Shown: positions 1-11,021, counted from the first letter of the stretch. The stretch: 64,000 nucleotides of DNA from a virus (IMGVR_UViG_3300013947_000019:32001-96000), one strand, 5' to 3'. Numbers and translations are program-made. The notes: a model not told the origin generated them from the letters alone.

Positions 1-12
1 GGTAGATTTAAG

Positions 13-804
13 ATGCCTTGTAAAAAGACTCTGCGAGAGATGCTGGATAAAGGTCAGGTTGTGATGGTGTATAGTGATAAATATCGTCTGCCTGTTTCTA
101 TTCCTTATATTGCTCAAACTAAGAGTAAGAATGACGCCACTATCTATATTAATATCTCTGACTTCGTTGAGATGGATCAGTATGGTCAATTCTCGGTGAA
201 AGTAGTGCGCAACTATAATGCACTGATGGCCTTGATTCTTGCTGGCTGTTTGACTTACCGTATTGTCACTCTTAACTCTTCTCTCCCCTCTGATCTTGCT
301 GATGGCATGGTTCTTTTATATGCCAGCATGATGGAATCTGTTATTAATTCTATGGTTCATATGGACCCTCTTACCAGAGAGAAGATTCGTTATCTGGCTT
401 CTGAGTTCTGCTTGGTTCAGATGTATGGTACGCAGAATGGTTTAAGTATGTTTAGCCGTTTACGTAACTCTTACTTCCCGAAGCTGTCTAAGCTCATGAT
501 GGATGCTATTGATAATCAGTTTGATGAGGATGCTTTTGATAAGTTTACCTTATGGGTTGGTGAGCTTACTCGTCTGTATCCTTCTCTTCGTGGACTGACT
601 ACCTATGCAATCTATGATAAGTGGATCAAGAGATATGGACCTGCTACTGCTATGTCTATTGACTATCTGGGGTATCATATCTATACAATTTGTATGATCC
701 TGATGGAAAGTCCTCTGACAACTCGCACTACACTTGAACCAATGATGGAAAAGTGTAAAGGTGCTGATATGTTCCGCCGTATCCAGGCGATTATTGGAGT
801 ATAA
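13..804 (+). CDS. Hypothetical protein, probably virion-associated
   Basis: 263-aa ORF (may start upstream of the window) at the head of a structural cluster; no recognisable motif. Confidence 0.6.
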   Translation: MPCKKTLREMLDKGQVVMVYSDKYRLPVSIPYIAQTKSKNDATIYINISDFVEMDQYGQFSVKVVRNYNALMALILAGCLTYRIVTLNSSLPSDLADGMVLLYASMMESVINSMVHMDPLTREKIRYLASEFCLVQMYGTQNGLSMFSRLRNSYFPKLSKLMMDAIDNQFDEDAFDKFTLWVGELTRLYPSLRGLTTYAIYDKWIKRYGPATAMSIDYLGYHIYTICMILMESPLTTRTTLEPMMEKCKGADMFRRIQAIIGV

Positions 805-810
805 ACATTA

Positions 811-841
811 TATGGGAGGAGCTATTGCTGCTCCTCCCATA
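811..841 (+). terminator. GC-rich hairpin between co-oriented genes (no clear U-tract)
   Basis: TATGGGAGGAGC...GCTCCTCCCATA inverted repeat right after the stop at 804. Confidence 0.5.
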
Positions 842-865
842 ATACAATGAAAGGAGGGTTACTCC

Positions 866-3800
866 TTGGATATCACTGAAATTCGTCGCTCAGAAATATA
901 TAATACGCTGAGTTGGATGGGACTCTTAAGTACAGAAGAATATCGTATTCGAGAAGTCCGCAATACTCCCAGCAAATATTATATCGATCTTGATTTAGAA
1001 AATACAGATATCGAACGAGTTGGATATCTGTACCCTCATGTCAGAATCAAGTCTGAATATAAAGACGTATGTGAACTCTGGTTTGATAATCAGTATATCA
1101 ACCCAAAAAGATGCACTTGGATTGATACGAATAATGGTACATATTGTATTACTGATAAAGCATATGATGATCAAAAGCCCGTTAACTGTTTTATCAATCC
1201 TAGTATCATCATCCGATACACAAATCTATCCGATGATCCCGAGAAAGAATTAGAGCATGTTGTGGATATTGATACGACTGATTTGATTTATTCTAATATT
1301 ATCAATATTGAACATTGTGCTTACTATATTTCTCAGAATAAAGTTCGAGTTCCCACTATAGAATGGCTGGATGCAAAGACCTTACGTTTCCATGCTCCAT
1401 ATAAAGAAGATATTGACTTCTTCCTGTGCAGTAATGTAGTAAATGTAGTTGAAGCAACTGCTAATATAGGTGTATATCTTGACCAACCTTATTCGAATAA
1501 ATGCTATCATGAAATCTTTGTAGATCATGAAAGAGATTATCCAATTGATGCAAGATTTTATCCTTGTGTTTCAGTAGATAAAGATTGTGTCATTCGTGTA
1601 TTTTCTTATAATAGTCATACAATTCTTTATCCTGATGTATGCAGATTAATTTTGTATCCTGAATTTCTGGATGTAGATGATCCATATAATACAGATAAAC
1701 TTGGAATGACTGATTTGCCTCGAATTGATGACTGCATCAAGAGTTCTGACTCTGATACAGTAATCGAAGAGAAGTTTTCTCATATTGCTCAATATTTTTA
1801 TCGAATGTGGGAAAAGTTTCCTGTAGACACTACTGAGCAATCTGACTTTATCATATGTGACAATGGTAGACTTGGAGATGAGCACTTCTTACGTAGGACT
1901 GTAGGATTAGTTGATGTAAAAGAAGAAAGAATTGTATCAACTGTTCCTGTAGAAGAATTCCGTGATGTGTTATTGTATAATGGAATGATGTTTAATGATT
2001 ACATTGTACGTAATATGCGAGTGGATGCTAAAGGAAACTATGTAGAAGATACAAAAGATGGTGTTCCAAGTTATATCATTTCTAATGAATATGATGAAAA
2101 CCAATTTACACTAATTAAGTTTAATACTGGTGAAGATACAACAATTATGAATATTGGTGATTACGTTGATACAAAGAATATTGCTCAACTTCACCGTAAG
2201 GTTAATCGTTTTTATCGAAACCTGTTATTAATTCGTAGTGAACTATTGGATGATAATATTCAGGATAAAGTTCATATTGGTACTAAAAGACCCTCTCAAG
2301 TTGATGAATATCTCTGGTATGAGTTATTAATCAATGCTAACCCTGAAATGTTTAAGAATCATCTGATTGATGCTATCCATATTTTTGGTTTAGATGAGGC
2401 TGATATTCCTGATGATATTAAAGAGGGTGCATATAAAATTGATATGGATCCAATGACTGGTCCTAAAACCTATACAGAATTAATGATGACTTACTTTAAT
2501 CTTACAAAGAGCTATCGTAAGTATCTCGTTCTTCATATGGGTGATGGAGTAGAGGATCCTCGTATTCAGATTTTCCACAAAATTCATACTGGTAAAATCA
2601 AGAATCCAGATTTGAATGCTATGACGATAGAAACAGATACAGAAGAGACCACTGAAACTGAATATGAAACTGGTTTCAAAGATCATCCTGTATCTGGTGA
2701 ACATCGAGAAGGTAATCTATATGTAGAAGCTCAATACATTGGTGATGATACAAATACTCGTATCGATCAAATTGAGCTTGGTCCTAATACTCCCGAACCA
2801 AATGAGCATACGTTGTGGATTGATGCTCCTTCCAGTGCTATTAATGGAATCACTGCTGCACCTAATGAGTTAGATAGTACGACTGAGATTATTGACGTAG
2901 TAAATGACCCTTCTACCATTAATGATCCTAAGAAATCTGACTATGCCTTAGATTCTATTAATGATACATTAGAAGAAGATTCTGAAATCAGTATTGATGA
3001 CCTGTTTGGTGATGATACTGATTTTGATGATGAAGATGATGAAGTAGAGGATGGCGAAATGCCAGATGATCCTAATATGATGTCTGGTATCAGCGCAGCC
3101 ATTGCTGAAAACCGTCAAGCTTCTGATGTCATCAATCCAACAGCTGGCATGTTAGCATTGGATGATATCTCTTATTATAATGAAGAGACTGGCGAGAAGA
3201 TTAGTATGGAAGAAATTGAAAAGATGTCCCATGATGAGAAGGTTGGAGTAGCAAAGAAGTTTATTACTGATGATGATACTCCTACTAATGCAAACATTGG
3301 AGATCTATGGGTTTCTTATTTAAATACTTCTTCTGAAGAAGTCTTGAATACTGTTGTATATAAGATTCTACTCAGTGCATATGTACTTGGTATGGATAGA
3401 CCCGAAAAAGGAACTCTGGTTATCGAGGGTGATGATTTACCTGAAGAGGAGGATACGGTTGCTATTGGTGATAGTACTCGACATACTGCACCTAATCAGT
3501 TATTGATCCATACTGACTTCAATGCTATGGGTGAAGAGATTCCTGATTATGAGATTGTGAAGAAAGAAGCTCTTACTTATATCTTATCAGTAAAAGAGCC
3601 TGATAACCCGAAGAAAAATGATATCTGGCTCTCCATGCCTGCATCCTTCAAGGTTGAAATCATCATTGACGTTATTTCTCATACACTGGAAGAGTTTGGT
3701 GAAGAACTGCCTGAAGGATACTTCTATGATGATGGTTATGAGGCTACAGCTACTATGGGCTTCGATTATTTTGCTCATGATAAAGGTACAAGTGGTCTTG

Positions 3801-4873
3801 GTGAAGAGTTCCAGGAATCTTCTTCTGATAAACTGAATAAAATTATTTTCGATAATGATATAGAAACTGCTACTATCGAAGATAATGATATCTGGTTTGA
3901 ATTCTTAGATGATATTGACAATCGAGTTGTCTATAGTGATGAAAACTCTATGGTTATTCGAGTTGACGAAAGATTAATTCTTGTTAATTTCAATCGAGAA
4001 GGAATTATTGGATATGCTTTCGATGATATCTTGATTAACTTCCGTGGTAAACAAGGTATTCGATATCTTTCTATTGTATCCGATTTGATCAATAGTGGAG
4101 TTATCACTAAAGACGATATTGATATCTTCTATAAGAGATTAATTACATTCCATGATGAGTTTGATCCGAATCTGAAGAGACTATATACAGGAACATCACA
4201 TGTATTATCTACCACAAAAGTAGATATGAATGATTTTGCTGTTCTATATTCTACTAATATCGGAAGATTCAGAATGAACTATGCAGATGAAAGCACAACA
4301 AACACCGAACGAGCTGGAGCATATCAACTCTGTATTGATTATAGAGAAAGAGATTTTGCTTTCTTGAAGAATCGTATGCTTTTATTTGTCAATGGTAAAT
4401 ATATTCCCAGGAATAATTATAGGGAGAATTTCCCAGGTAAGATTCAACTCCTTAATTGGAATGAATTGATAACCACAGTTGATATTCTGTATTCGAAGAA
4501 AGATGAACATTTAATGGATATGAAGAAGCTTGCTATGAAACATAGTCAAGCTCCTGATAATAGTAAAATGATTGAACGCCCATCTAAGTTTGATGAAATG
4601 ATTCCTATTGAAGCATATGATCAAACGATGAAGGGATATTATGATATTTTACTGGATGAATATATCCTGAATGGAAAGCTTGTTCGAATTTTGAATTATC
4701 TGGAAGAACATCCTGAAGAAGCAAACGATTATCGTAAAGATATTATTCGTAAATTCCATGATATATCAGATACTGGTTTATCTGGAATTGATGAAGCAGA
4801 TGCTCGAATTGTTATTCCTACCAATACGGATATTGATATACCTCCGTATCAAATCGGTGTTGATCAAGACTGA
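866..4873 (+). CDS. Large acidic virion/tail-associated protein
   Basis: 1335 aa, TTG start after AAGGAGGG; recurring P-x(4-7)-[LI]W motifs (PSQVDEYLW, PEPNEHTLW, PTNANIGDLW, PDNPKKNDIW) of the kind seen in tail-fibre/baseplate proteins; central D/E-rich tract. Confidence 0.6.
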   Translation: MDITEIRRSEIYNTLSWMGLLSTEEYRIREVRNTPSKYYIDLDLENTDIERVGYLYPHVRIKSEYKDVCELWFDNQYINPKRCTWIDTNNGTYCITDKAYDDQKPVNCFINPSIIIRYTNLSDDPEKELEHVVDIDTTDLIYSNIINIEHCAYYISQNKVRVPTIEWLDAKTLRFHAPYKEDIDFFLCSNVVNVVEATANIGVYLDQPYSNKCYHEIFVDHERDYPIDARFYPCVSVDKDCVIRVFSYNSHTILYPDVCRLILYPEFLDVDDPYNTDKLGMTDLPRIDDCIKSSDSDTVIEEKFSHIAQYFYRMWEKFPVDTTEQSDFIICDNGRLGDEHFLRRTVGLVDVKEERIVSTVPVEEFRDVLLYNGMMFNDYIVRNMRVDAKGNYVEDTKDGVPSYIISNEYDENQFTLIKFNTGEDTTIMNIGDYVDTKNIAQLHRKVNRFYRNLLLIRSELLDDNIQDKVHIGTKRPSQVDEYLWYELLINANPEMFKNHLIDAIHIFGLDEADIPDDIKEGAYKIDMDPMTGPKTYTELMMTYFNLTKSYRKYLVLHMGDGVEDPRIQIFHKIHTGKIKNPDLNAMTIETDTEETTETEYETGFKDHPVSGEHREGNLYVEAQYIGDDTNTRIDQIELGPNTPEPNEHTLWIDAPSSAINGITAAPNELDSTTEIIDVVNDPSTINDPKKSDYALDSINDTLEEDSEISIDDLFGDDTDFDDEDDEVEDGEMPDDPNMMSGISAAIAENRQASDVINPTAGMLALDDISYYNEETGEKISMEEIEKMSHDEKVGVAKKFITDDDTPTNANIGDLWVSYLNTSSEEVLNTVVYKILLSAYVLGMDRPEKGTLVIEGDDLPEEEDTVAIGDSTRHTAPNQLLIHTDFNAMGEEIPDYEIVKKEALTYILSVKEPDNPKKNDIWLSMPASFKVEIIIDVISHTLEEFGEELPEGYFYDDGYEATATMGFDYFAHDKGTSGLGEEFQESSSDKLNKIIFDNDIETATIEDNDIWFEFLDDIDNRVVYSDENSMVIRVDERLILVNFNREGIIGYAFDDILINFRGKQGIRYLSIVSDLINSGVITKDDIDIFYKRLITFHDEFDPNLKRLYTGTSHVLSTTKVDMNDFAVLYSTNIGRFRMNYADESTTNTERAGAYQLCIDYRERDFAFLKNRMLLFVNGKYIPRNNYRENFPGKIQLLNWNELITTVDILYSKKDEHLMDMKKLAMKHSQAPDNSKMIERPSKFDEMIPIEAYDQTMKGYYDILLDEYILNGKLVRILNYLEEHPEEANDYRKDIIRKFHDISDTGLSGIDEADARIVIPTNTDIDIPPYQIGVDQD

Positions 4874-4877
4874 CTAA

Positions 4878-4912
4878 ATAGGGAGGGTCCATTGGGCTCT
4901 CCCTATTCTTTT
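4878..4912 (+). terminator. Intrinsic terminator
   Basis: AATAGGGAGGGTCC-ATT-GGGCTCTCCCTATT followed by CTTTT. Confidence 0.75.
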
Positions 4913-4920
4913 CTTGGAGG

Positions 4921-4932
4921 AACAACCATATA
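4921..4932 (+). promoter_or_regulatory. AR9-type late promoter (AACA-N6-TA)
   Basis: AACAACCATATA immediately after a terminator and upstream of an SD; the same motif recurs in about 15 non-coding sites. Confidence 0.65.
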
Positions 4933-4951
4933 ATAATCTAGACATAAAGGA

Positions 4952-6175
4952 GTGATTTCTATGGATACTCAGCCCGTGCTGACTCCATTTCAGATGGAAC
5001 TTCTCTCTAATATTTTCCGTGTTATGATTAAAGAGATCGTAACAGATGAAGATAAAGAAAAATTGGCTCCTGGTGAAATGGGAATCAATTATAAAGAGGG
5101 ATCTTTTTATATTCGTAATCCCCATACAGGTGAATTATTTACTCCAAACAGTTTAAGCTATCTCAATCAGATTTTATCTAAGTATGAGGATGAGACTAAT
5201 TTACTGAATGCTGATAGAGCTGGTGGTATTCGTTTTTATTCTAATATTTCTCAGCTTACTCAGCTTGGTATTTCTTTAACTGCTGATAGTATTATCCGAC
5301 AGATGGAATATCCAGGTATTTTGATGAGCCCTGTGGAATATGAAAATTATGAGATTCTTGGTATGCCTAGCAATTCTGGTATGATTTTGGTATTCAAAGC
5401 AGCTCCTGAATTTGTAATTGCTACCTATTATGATAATCTGACTCGTATCACATATCAAGGAAGATATAATCCTTTTAAACAATATTTTGAAGGATGGATT
5501 TGTCAAGATGCTCCCAGCGGGTTTATTACTGCTGAAGGTGATGCTGATAGAATCAAAATTCGTATGGAAAATCTTCCTGAAGATATGGAACCTATTACCT
5601 TACGAGTACCATATGGTGTAAACCCTGGTGCTACTATTTCTGTGAATAATCAGGCTTTCCAGCCTATTATTACGGCCTCTGGAGATCCTCTGGGGTCGAC
5701 CATAACTGCAAACAATATTATAATGCTTATCTACGATGATATGCGTAAATCGTGGATTTTATCCAACTCTAACGAGTCCACCATCAATAGTGTGATCACC
5801 GTACTCCGTGAACGTGTCGAGACTGCAACTGCTGATATTGATAAGGCTGTTAAAGACTACAGAGAGCGGCTGGATCAGCTTACCAAGTCGGTAAATGATG
5901 ATATTGCCGCACTGAAAGCTCGTCCAGGTGTAATCAGTAATGTAACTAGCGACCTTACTATTATGCAGGATAATCTCAATATGATCACTGGTATTACAGG
6001 ATTTGATCAGAGATATGATAAGCTGTTGGTTAACTTCCAGCAGACTATCCTCCGTCAAGGTCTGGATTATACAATTGATGAAGAAACTGGTAACCTTTAC
6101 TTTAAGGACATCAGATTCAATAGTGGTGATGTATTGCAATTCATTGTTCTTAAGCAAGCTCGACCTACCGAGTAA
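4952..6175 (+). CDS. Tail-fibre/baseplate accessory protein
   Basis: 407 aa (ATG 4961 is the likely start); C-terminal NFQQTILRQGLDY domain shared with 8877..10982; coiled-coil segment. Confidence 0.6.
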   Translation: MISMDTQPVLTPFQMELLSNIFRVMIKEIVTDEDKEKLAPGEMGINYKEGSFYIRNPHTGELFTPNSLSYLNQILSKYEDETNLLNADRAGGIRFYSNISQLTQLGISLTADSIIRQMEYPGILMSPVEYENYEILGMPSNSGMILVFKAAPEFVIATYYDNLTRITYQGRYNPFKQYFEGWICQDAPSGFITAEGDADRIKIRMENLPEDMEPITLRVPYGVNPGATISVNNQAFQPIITASGDPLGSTITANNIIMLIYDDMRKSWILSNSNESTINSVITVLRERVETATADIDKAVKDYRERLDQLTKSVNDDIAALKARPGVISNVTSDLTIMQDNLNMITGITGFDQRYDKLLVNFQQTILRQGLDYTIDEETGNLYFKDIRFNSGDVLQFIVLKQARPTE

Positions 6176-6227
6176 AAGAACGTAGGTAATTCAGAAAATT
6201 CTATTATATGAAAGGTGGAATTTTATT

Positions 6228-8822
6228 ATGGCTACTATTCAGAAAACCACTCTGAAGCGCTTCAATGGTACCGATTGGGATCCCGTATATCTGGCTAACT
6301 CTGCTGATATCAGCTACATTGGTACTGGTTTCGAGGTTGCTTCTGGTGAAGGTTTTGAGAAGGGCGAGAGCATCTCTGCCTCCGCTTCTACCTATGAGAT
6401 TCTGAAGCGCACCGTTGAGGGCCTGACCGCTGTTATGAAGGACAAGATCCCCGCCCTGGAGGCCGGTACTTCTCTGTCCAGCGTCGATGTCAAGCTGCTG
6501 AAGGGTGTTATCGATCGTGCTAACCTGCCTGCTGATGTTGGCGGTAAGGGTAAGGAAGTTGAGTCTGAGGATGCTAAGGCTGCTCTGACCAAGACTGATG
6601 TTAACATTGGTGATATCGTTAAGGTTAACGGCGGTAAGGTTTACCTGGTGACTGGCGTTGAGCCTATGGCTTTCATGGAGCTGTCTGATTCTGCTTCTGA
6701 GATCGCTTGGAGCCGTATCACTGGCACTCCGACTACGCTGGCCGGTTATGGTATTACTGACAAGCTGGTTGCTGAGTCTGAGAAGGTCACAACCGCTTCT
6801 GTCGCTAACGCTGGTAAGATTCTGGTTCTGAACGCTGAGGGCAAGCTGGATGCCGATGTCACTGGTAGCGCTGCTAAGTTTGGTGGTCAGGAGCCTTCCT
6901 ACTACACCACTAAGGCTGACCATGACACTCTGGCCGGTCGTGTTACCACTAATGAGGGTGATATCAGCACGCTGAAGACTGACATCAAGGCCATTGATGC
7001 CGCTTGGATCACCAAGGGTGTTATCAGCATTGATCGTCTGCCTGCTACCGCTGTTGAGCGTGTCTACGTGACTCCCGATGAGGCTGGTCGTCAGGCTCTG
7101 ACCACCGAGCAGGTCCAGAATGGTGATACCGTTAAGGTTAATGCCACTGGCAAGATGTTCTTTGTGGTCGATGATACTAAGCTGGGTACTGCTGAGTGGG
7201 CTGATGCTTACATGGAGTATTCCGCTGGTGTTGCTGGCTCCGTTGCTTGGTCCGGTGTTACTGGTACTCCTACGACTCTGGCTGGCTACGGTATTACCGA
7301 TGAGCTGGTTAAGGCCGATGAGGTCGCTGCCACTGCTACCGCTAACAAGCTGCTGAAGCTGAATGGTGATGGTAAGCTCGAGGCTGATGTTGTTGGTTCT
7401 GCCAGCAAGCTGGGCGGCCAGGAGGCTTCTTACTATGCTAAGCAGTCTGACATGACTACGGCTAACACCAATATCACCAAGAACGCTACCGACATCAAGG
7501 ATCTGCAGGATGCTGTTGGTCTTGGTGGCGGTACTGGTGGTAACTCTATGCGTGAGGATATCACTGCTCTGCAGGGTCGTATGACCACTGCTGAGACTGA
7601 TATCACCAACCTGAAGGCTGGTACTGCTATCACTGCTCTGGCTGCTTCCAAGATCACTGGTACTCTGACCCGTGCTCAGCTGCCTGCTGATATCTCTGGT
7701 CGTCTGTTTGCTAAGGCTGATCTGGCCGAGGCTAAGGAGTCTCTGACCAAGGATACCGCTGCTGTTGGTGATATCGTTAAGTGTGCCAATGGTAAGGTCT
7801 ATGTCATCACTGATGCTAATTCTCTGGATGCTGATGCTGGTTATACTCTGATCGTTGACGTTGCTGGTTCCGAGATCCAGTGGTCTCAGATCAAGGGTGT
7901 TCCCACGACTCTGGCTGCTATGAACTGGGCCGATGCCGTTACCACTGCTATGCTGGCTGATGAGGCTACTGTTGCTAATGCTGGTAAGCTGCTGAAGATC
8001 GGTGCTGATGGTAAGCTGAAGGCTTCTATCTCTGGCGATGCTATGAGCCTGAATGGTCATGCTGATACGTACTTTGCTACCAAGGAAGAGCACGATGCTC
8101 TGAATACCACTGTTACCGGTGAGGCCGCTAAGGTTACCGAGCTGCAGGGTCAGATCAAGGCTATCGATGCTACCTGGATTACCACTGGCAAGATCGACAT
8201 CGAGCGTCTGCCTCATGGTGCTCTGGAGCGTTGCAAGGTCGTTAAGGATGATGCTGCCCGTAAGGCCCTGACGAAGGATGATGTTCAGAATGGCGATACC
8301 GTTAAGGTTACCGATACTGGTCTGATGTACTTCGTCGTCGATGACACCAAGCTGGCTGAGGATGCTGGTTATGAGGTCTATACTGCCGGTACGGCTTCTG
8401 CTGTTGACTGGTCTGGTATTACCAACAAGCCCACTACGCTGGCTGGTTATGGTATCACTGATGCCGTTAATAAGAACGAGAAGGTTACCGTTGCCTCTAC
8501 CGCTAATGCTGGTAAGATCCTGGTTCTGAACGATGCTGGTAAGCTGGACGTTGACATTACCGGTTCTGTTGCTTGGGCTAAGATCACTGATGCTCCCACG
8601 AGCACTGTTGCTGCTATCGATGCTGCTGTTGAGGCTGCTACTCATAGCAACCGCGCTGTTCTGGATAAGCTGTCTGAGGTCGATGGTGTCCTGGCTTACA
8701 ATGGTGCTAAGGTCGCTACTGCTGATGAGCTGTCCAAGGTCTCTCTGGGTGCCCTGCAGGTCGTTGAGACTGCTCCTGCCGATGCCACTGCTGGCCAGCT
8801 GGTCCTGGAGGCTATTAAGTAA
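6228..8822 (+). CDS. Tail fibre protein with four internal repeat modules
   Basis: 864 aa; repeated W[SA]xIxGxPTTLAGYGITD phage fibre motif and GDxVKV repeats; strongly optimised codon usage. Confidence 0.85.
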   Translation: MATIQKTTLKRFNGTDWDPVYLANSADISYIGTGFEVASGEGFEKGESISASASTYEILKRTVEGLTAVMKDKIPALEAGTSLSSVDVKLLKGVIDRANLPADVGGKGKEVESEDAKAALTKTDVNIGDIVKVNGGKVYLVTGVEPMAFMELSDSASEIAWSRITGTPTTLAGYGITDKLVAESEKVTTASVANAGKILVLNAEGKLDADVTGSAAKFGGQEPSYYTTKADHDTLAGRVTTNEGDISTLKTDIKAIDAAWITKGVISIDRLPATAVERVYVTPDEAGRQALTTEQVQNGDTVKVNATGKMFFVVDDTKLGTAEWADAYMEYSAGVAGSVAWSGVTGTPTTLAGYGITDELVKADEVAATATANKLLKLNGDGKLEADVVGSASKLGGQEASYYAKQSDMTTANTNITKNATDIKDLQDAVGLGGGTGGNSMREDITALQGRMTTAETDITNLKAGTAITALAASKITGTLTRAQLPADISGRLFAKADLAEAKESLTKDTAAVGDIVKCANGKVYVITDANSLDADAGYTLIVDVAGSEIQWSQIKGVPTTLAAMNWADAVTTAMLADEATVANAGKLLKIGADGKLKASISGDAMSLNGHADTYFATKEEHDALNTTVTGEAAKVTELQGQIKAIDATWITTGKIDIERLPHGALERCKVVKDDAARKALTKDDVQNGDTVKVTDTGLMYFVVDDTKLAEDAGYEVYTAGTASAVDWSGITNKPTTLAGYGITDAVNKNEKVTVASTANAGKILVLNDAGKLDVDITGSVAWAKITDAPTSTVAAIDAAVEAATHSNRAVLDKLSEVDGVLAYNGAKVATADELSKVSLGALQVVETAPADATAGQLVLEAIK

Positions 8823-8876
8823 GGTAACTTACTTAGGAGTTTATAGCTAAGTAATAATGAAAGGCTTGGTGTTTAA

Positions 8877-10982
8877 ATGAATCGTTTGTTTCGAATGAGA
8901 CGTGCAAATACCAAGTCCAAACCAACAAGTTATGACGTTCTATTCCCACAAGGGATCACGAGTAACGTCATTCGAGCTGAGAATGGCGGCGTGCTGGAGT
9001 CTTCGTTACTCCAGTACGACCGCCATCTTGGCGATCATTCTATTCATATCAATTCTGCTACTAGTAAAGGTACGAATCGATATCTTGAAGTTAGAATGAA
9101 GAATGAGGTTCTCGTAGATAATTATCCTTTAATCCTGACTCTCCATACCTCACTGGAATGTGAGCCTTACCTGAAGTTTAATGATGGTGAGTTTAAGGAA
9201 ATTATTTCCGCTAGTGGTGATAGAATTCCTGGCGGGCAGGCTGAAGGGACTATGATCTTCCTGGTATGGAATGCCAATCTCGATAAATGGATTCTAATGA
9301 GCGCTGATAACTTCAGTGATATTACGAAAGTTGTTCTTCCTGTAGAAACAGAGTATAACTATACTGCTATTACAGATAATGAAGAAACAATCGTAATTCC
9401 AGGATTTAATAAAAAGTCTGATAAGCTGTCCGTAAACTATGGTCAAACAATTCTTCGTAATGGTATTGACTATGAGTTTGTGAAAAGCGCTAATGACGCC
9501 ATTCATCTGATTGGGTTTGGACTTAGTAAGGGTGATATCCTTCATTGTATTATCACTTCCTATATCACTGCTGCAAAGCGTGGTCACTTCCGCTATGAGT
9601 TAAAAACTAGTGATTTCATCGTACCCGCCGAGAAAGATGGTACGACTGTTTTTAATATTCCAGTAGAAGCTGATGGTGCTCATAGTATGATCATCAATTA
9701 TAACCAGACAATTCTCAGGAATAACCTGGATTATGATATTGACAATATTGAGCATGTAATTAAGTTAAAAGAAATCTCTTTGGATAAAGGCGAAGAGATG
9801 GTATTTACTATTACCCAGTTTGTAGAAGCTAATGGTGAAATTGTTCCTAATAACTGGGGCGCTACTGGTAATTATCGATATAAAATGAATGTCATTCATG
9901 GTTCTTATGTAGCTACTGAAGATGATGTTAAAGTTTTTGTTGTTCCTGAGTTTAATTATAAGGCTGATGATATCTCTCTGATTGATAATAATCAGCTATT
10001 GATTATGGATGTTGATTATACGGTTGATGAAATCGGTAATGTAGTCTTACTTAAGAAATCCTTGAATACCGGTGATGAAATCTTCTTTACCATTCTTCAA
10101 GGTGCCATGATGGATGTTCCAAACTTCAATGTTATTCGTGCAAGCGGACAAGATGGACAGCATATCTTACTGGATATGTCTTATAGTGTACTGTCGAATT
10201 TCTACTGTTTGCTCGTAAAATTGAAGTATGATCTGAAGACTGCTCCTACAGTTAAGTGTATCGATGGTCCTGCAGAAATGATCTGTGACTGTTTCCATAC
10301 ACCTATTACCGGTGGGTATAAAGCTGGTTCTTATTTATGGCTTGTATATGATGAAGGTGAACATCTGTGGTATTCTCTGTCTCATAGTCAGGTAGACATT
10401 TCTCAGATGATTCCCACACATAAACATGCTAGTGGTTCTGCTAAATTCTCTGGATATCATCCAGATGAAGGTGATGTCGGATTTAAGGAAACTGTGATCA
10501 AACATGGTCTTGGAATGAAGCCTCAAAGAATCGATGTTGTACCTTCTGAACCTCCTACCGTTAACTCTGACGGTAGTATCTCGACCATTGGTGATATTTG
10601 GTCTTATGCGGATGAGAACTACCTCTATGTAGGCAATAGTGGCACTTCTACATCTAAATTTGACTGGTCTGTGAGTTGTGAAGATGCTACAAATGATCTG
10701 CGTTCTTATATCGATGAAGAGATTAAACAGGTCAAGAATAATCCTGGTAAGATTGAGACAAAGCTTTCTACCTTTACTGCTACTACAGATGGAGCATATA
10801 GTATTACTATTAACGATTTCAATGCACAGGTTGATAAGTTAATTGTAAACTATAACCAGACTGTGCTCCGTGAAGGTATTGACTATGATATCAATAAAGA
10901 TATCAATGGTATTACTATGAAGGCATTCAATCTGAAGACAGATGATATTCTGCAGTTTATGGTTATTAAACAGACTGTCTAA
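8877..10982 (+). CDS. Tail-fibre/baseplate accessory protein with repeated beta domains
   Basis: 701 aa; four copies of an NYNQTILRxGxDY-type domain, one of them degenerate. Confidence 0.65.
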   Translation: MNRLFRMRRANTKSKPTSYDVLFPQGITSNVIRAENGGVLESSLLQYDRHLGDHSIHINSATSKGTNRYLEVRMKNEVLVDNYPLILTLHTSLECEPYLKFNDGEFKEIISASGDRIPGGQAEGTMIFLVWNANLDKWILMSADNFSDITKVVLPVETEYNYTAITDNEETIVIPGFNKKSDKLSVNYGQTILRNGIDYEFVKSANDAIHLIGFGLSKGDILHCIITSYITAAKRGHFRYELKTSDFIVPAEKDGTTVFNIPVEADGAHSMIINYNQTILRNNLDYDIDNIEHVIKLKEISLDKGEEMVFTITQFVEANGEIVPNNWGATGNYRYKMNVIHGSYVATEDDVKVFVVPEFNYKADDISLIDNNQLLIMDVDYTVDEIGNVVLLKKSLNTGDEIFFTILQGAMMDVPNFNVIRASGQDGQHILLDMSYSVLSNFYCLLVKLKYDLKTAPTVKCIDGPAEMICDCFHTPITGGYKAGSYLWLVYDEGEHLWYSLSHSQVDISQMIPTHKHASGSAKFSGYHPDEGDVGFKETVIKHGLGMKPQRIDVVPSEPPTVNSDGSISTIGDIWSYADENYLYVGNSGTSTSKFDWSVSCEDATNDLRSYIDEEIKQVKNNPGKIETKLSTFTATTDGAYSITINDFNAQVDKLIVNYNQTVLREGIDYDINKDINGITMKAFNLKTDDILQFMVIKQTV

Positions 10983-10990
10983 ATATAAGT

Positions 10991-11020
10991 CCCCTCCCTG
11001 TTTGGGAGGGGCTTTCTTTT
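10991..11020 (+). terminator. Intrinsic terminator
   Basis: CCCCTCCC-TGTTT-GGGAGGGG followed by CTTTCTTTT. Confidence 0.8.
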
Positions 11021-11021
11021 G

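Noticed and set aside
6204-8645. 813-aa antisense ORF opposite the tail fibre
   Set aside because: Codon-register shadow of a gene that avoids TTA/CTA/TCA codons; S/L/I/N-rich, no motifs, no SD.
6228-10982. Diversity-generating retroelement acting on tail fibres
   Set aside because: No reverse transcriptase and no TR/VR pair differing at adenines seen in this window.
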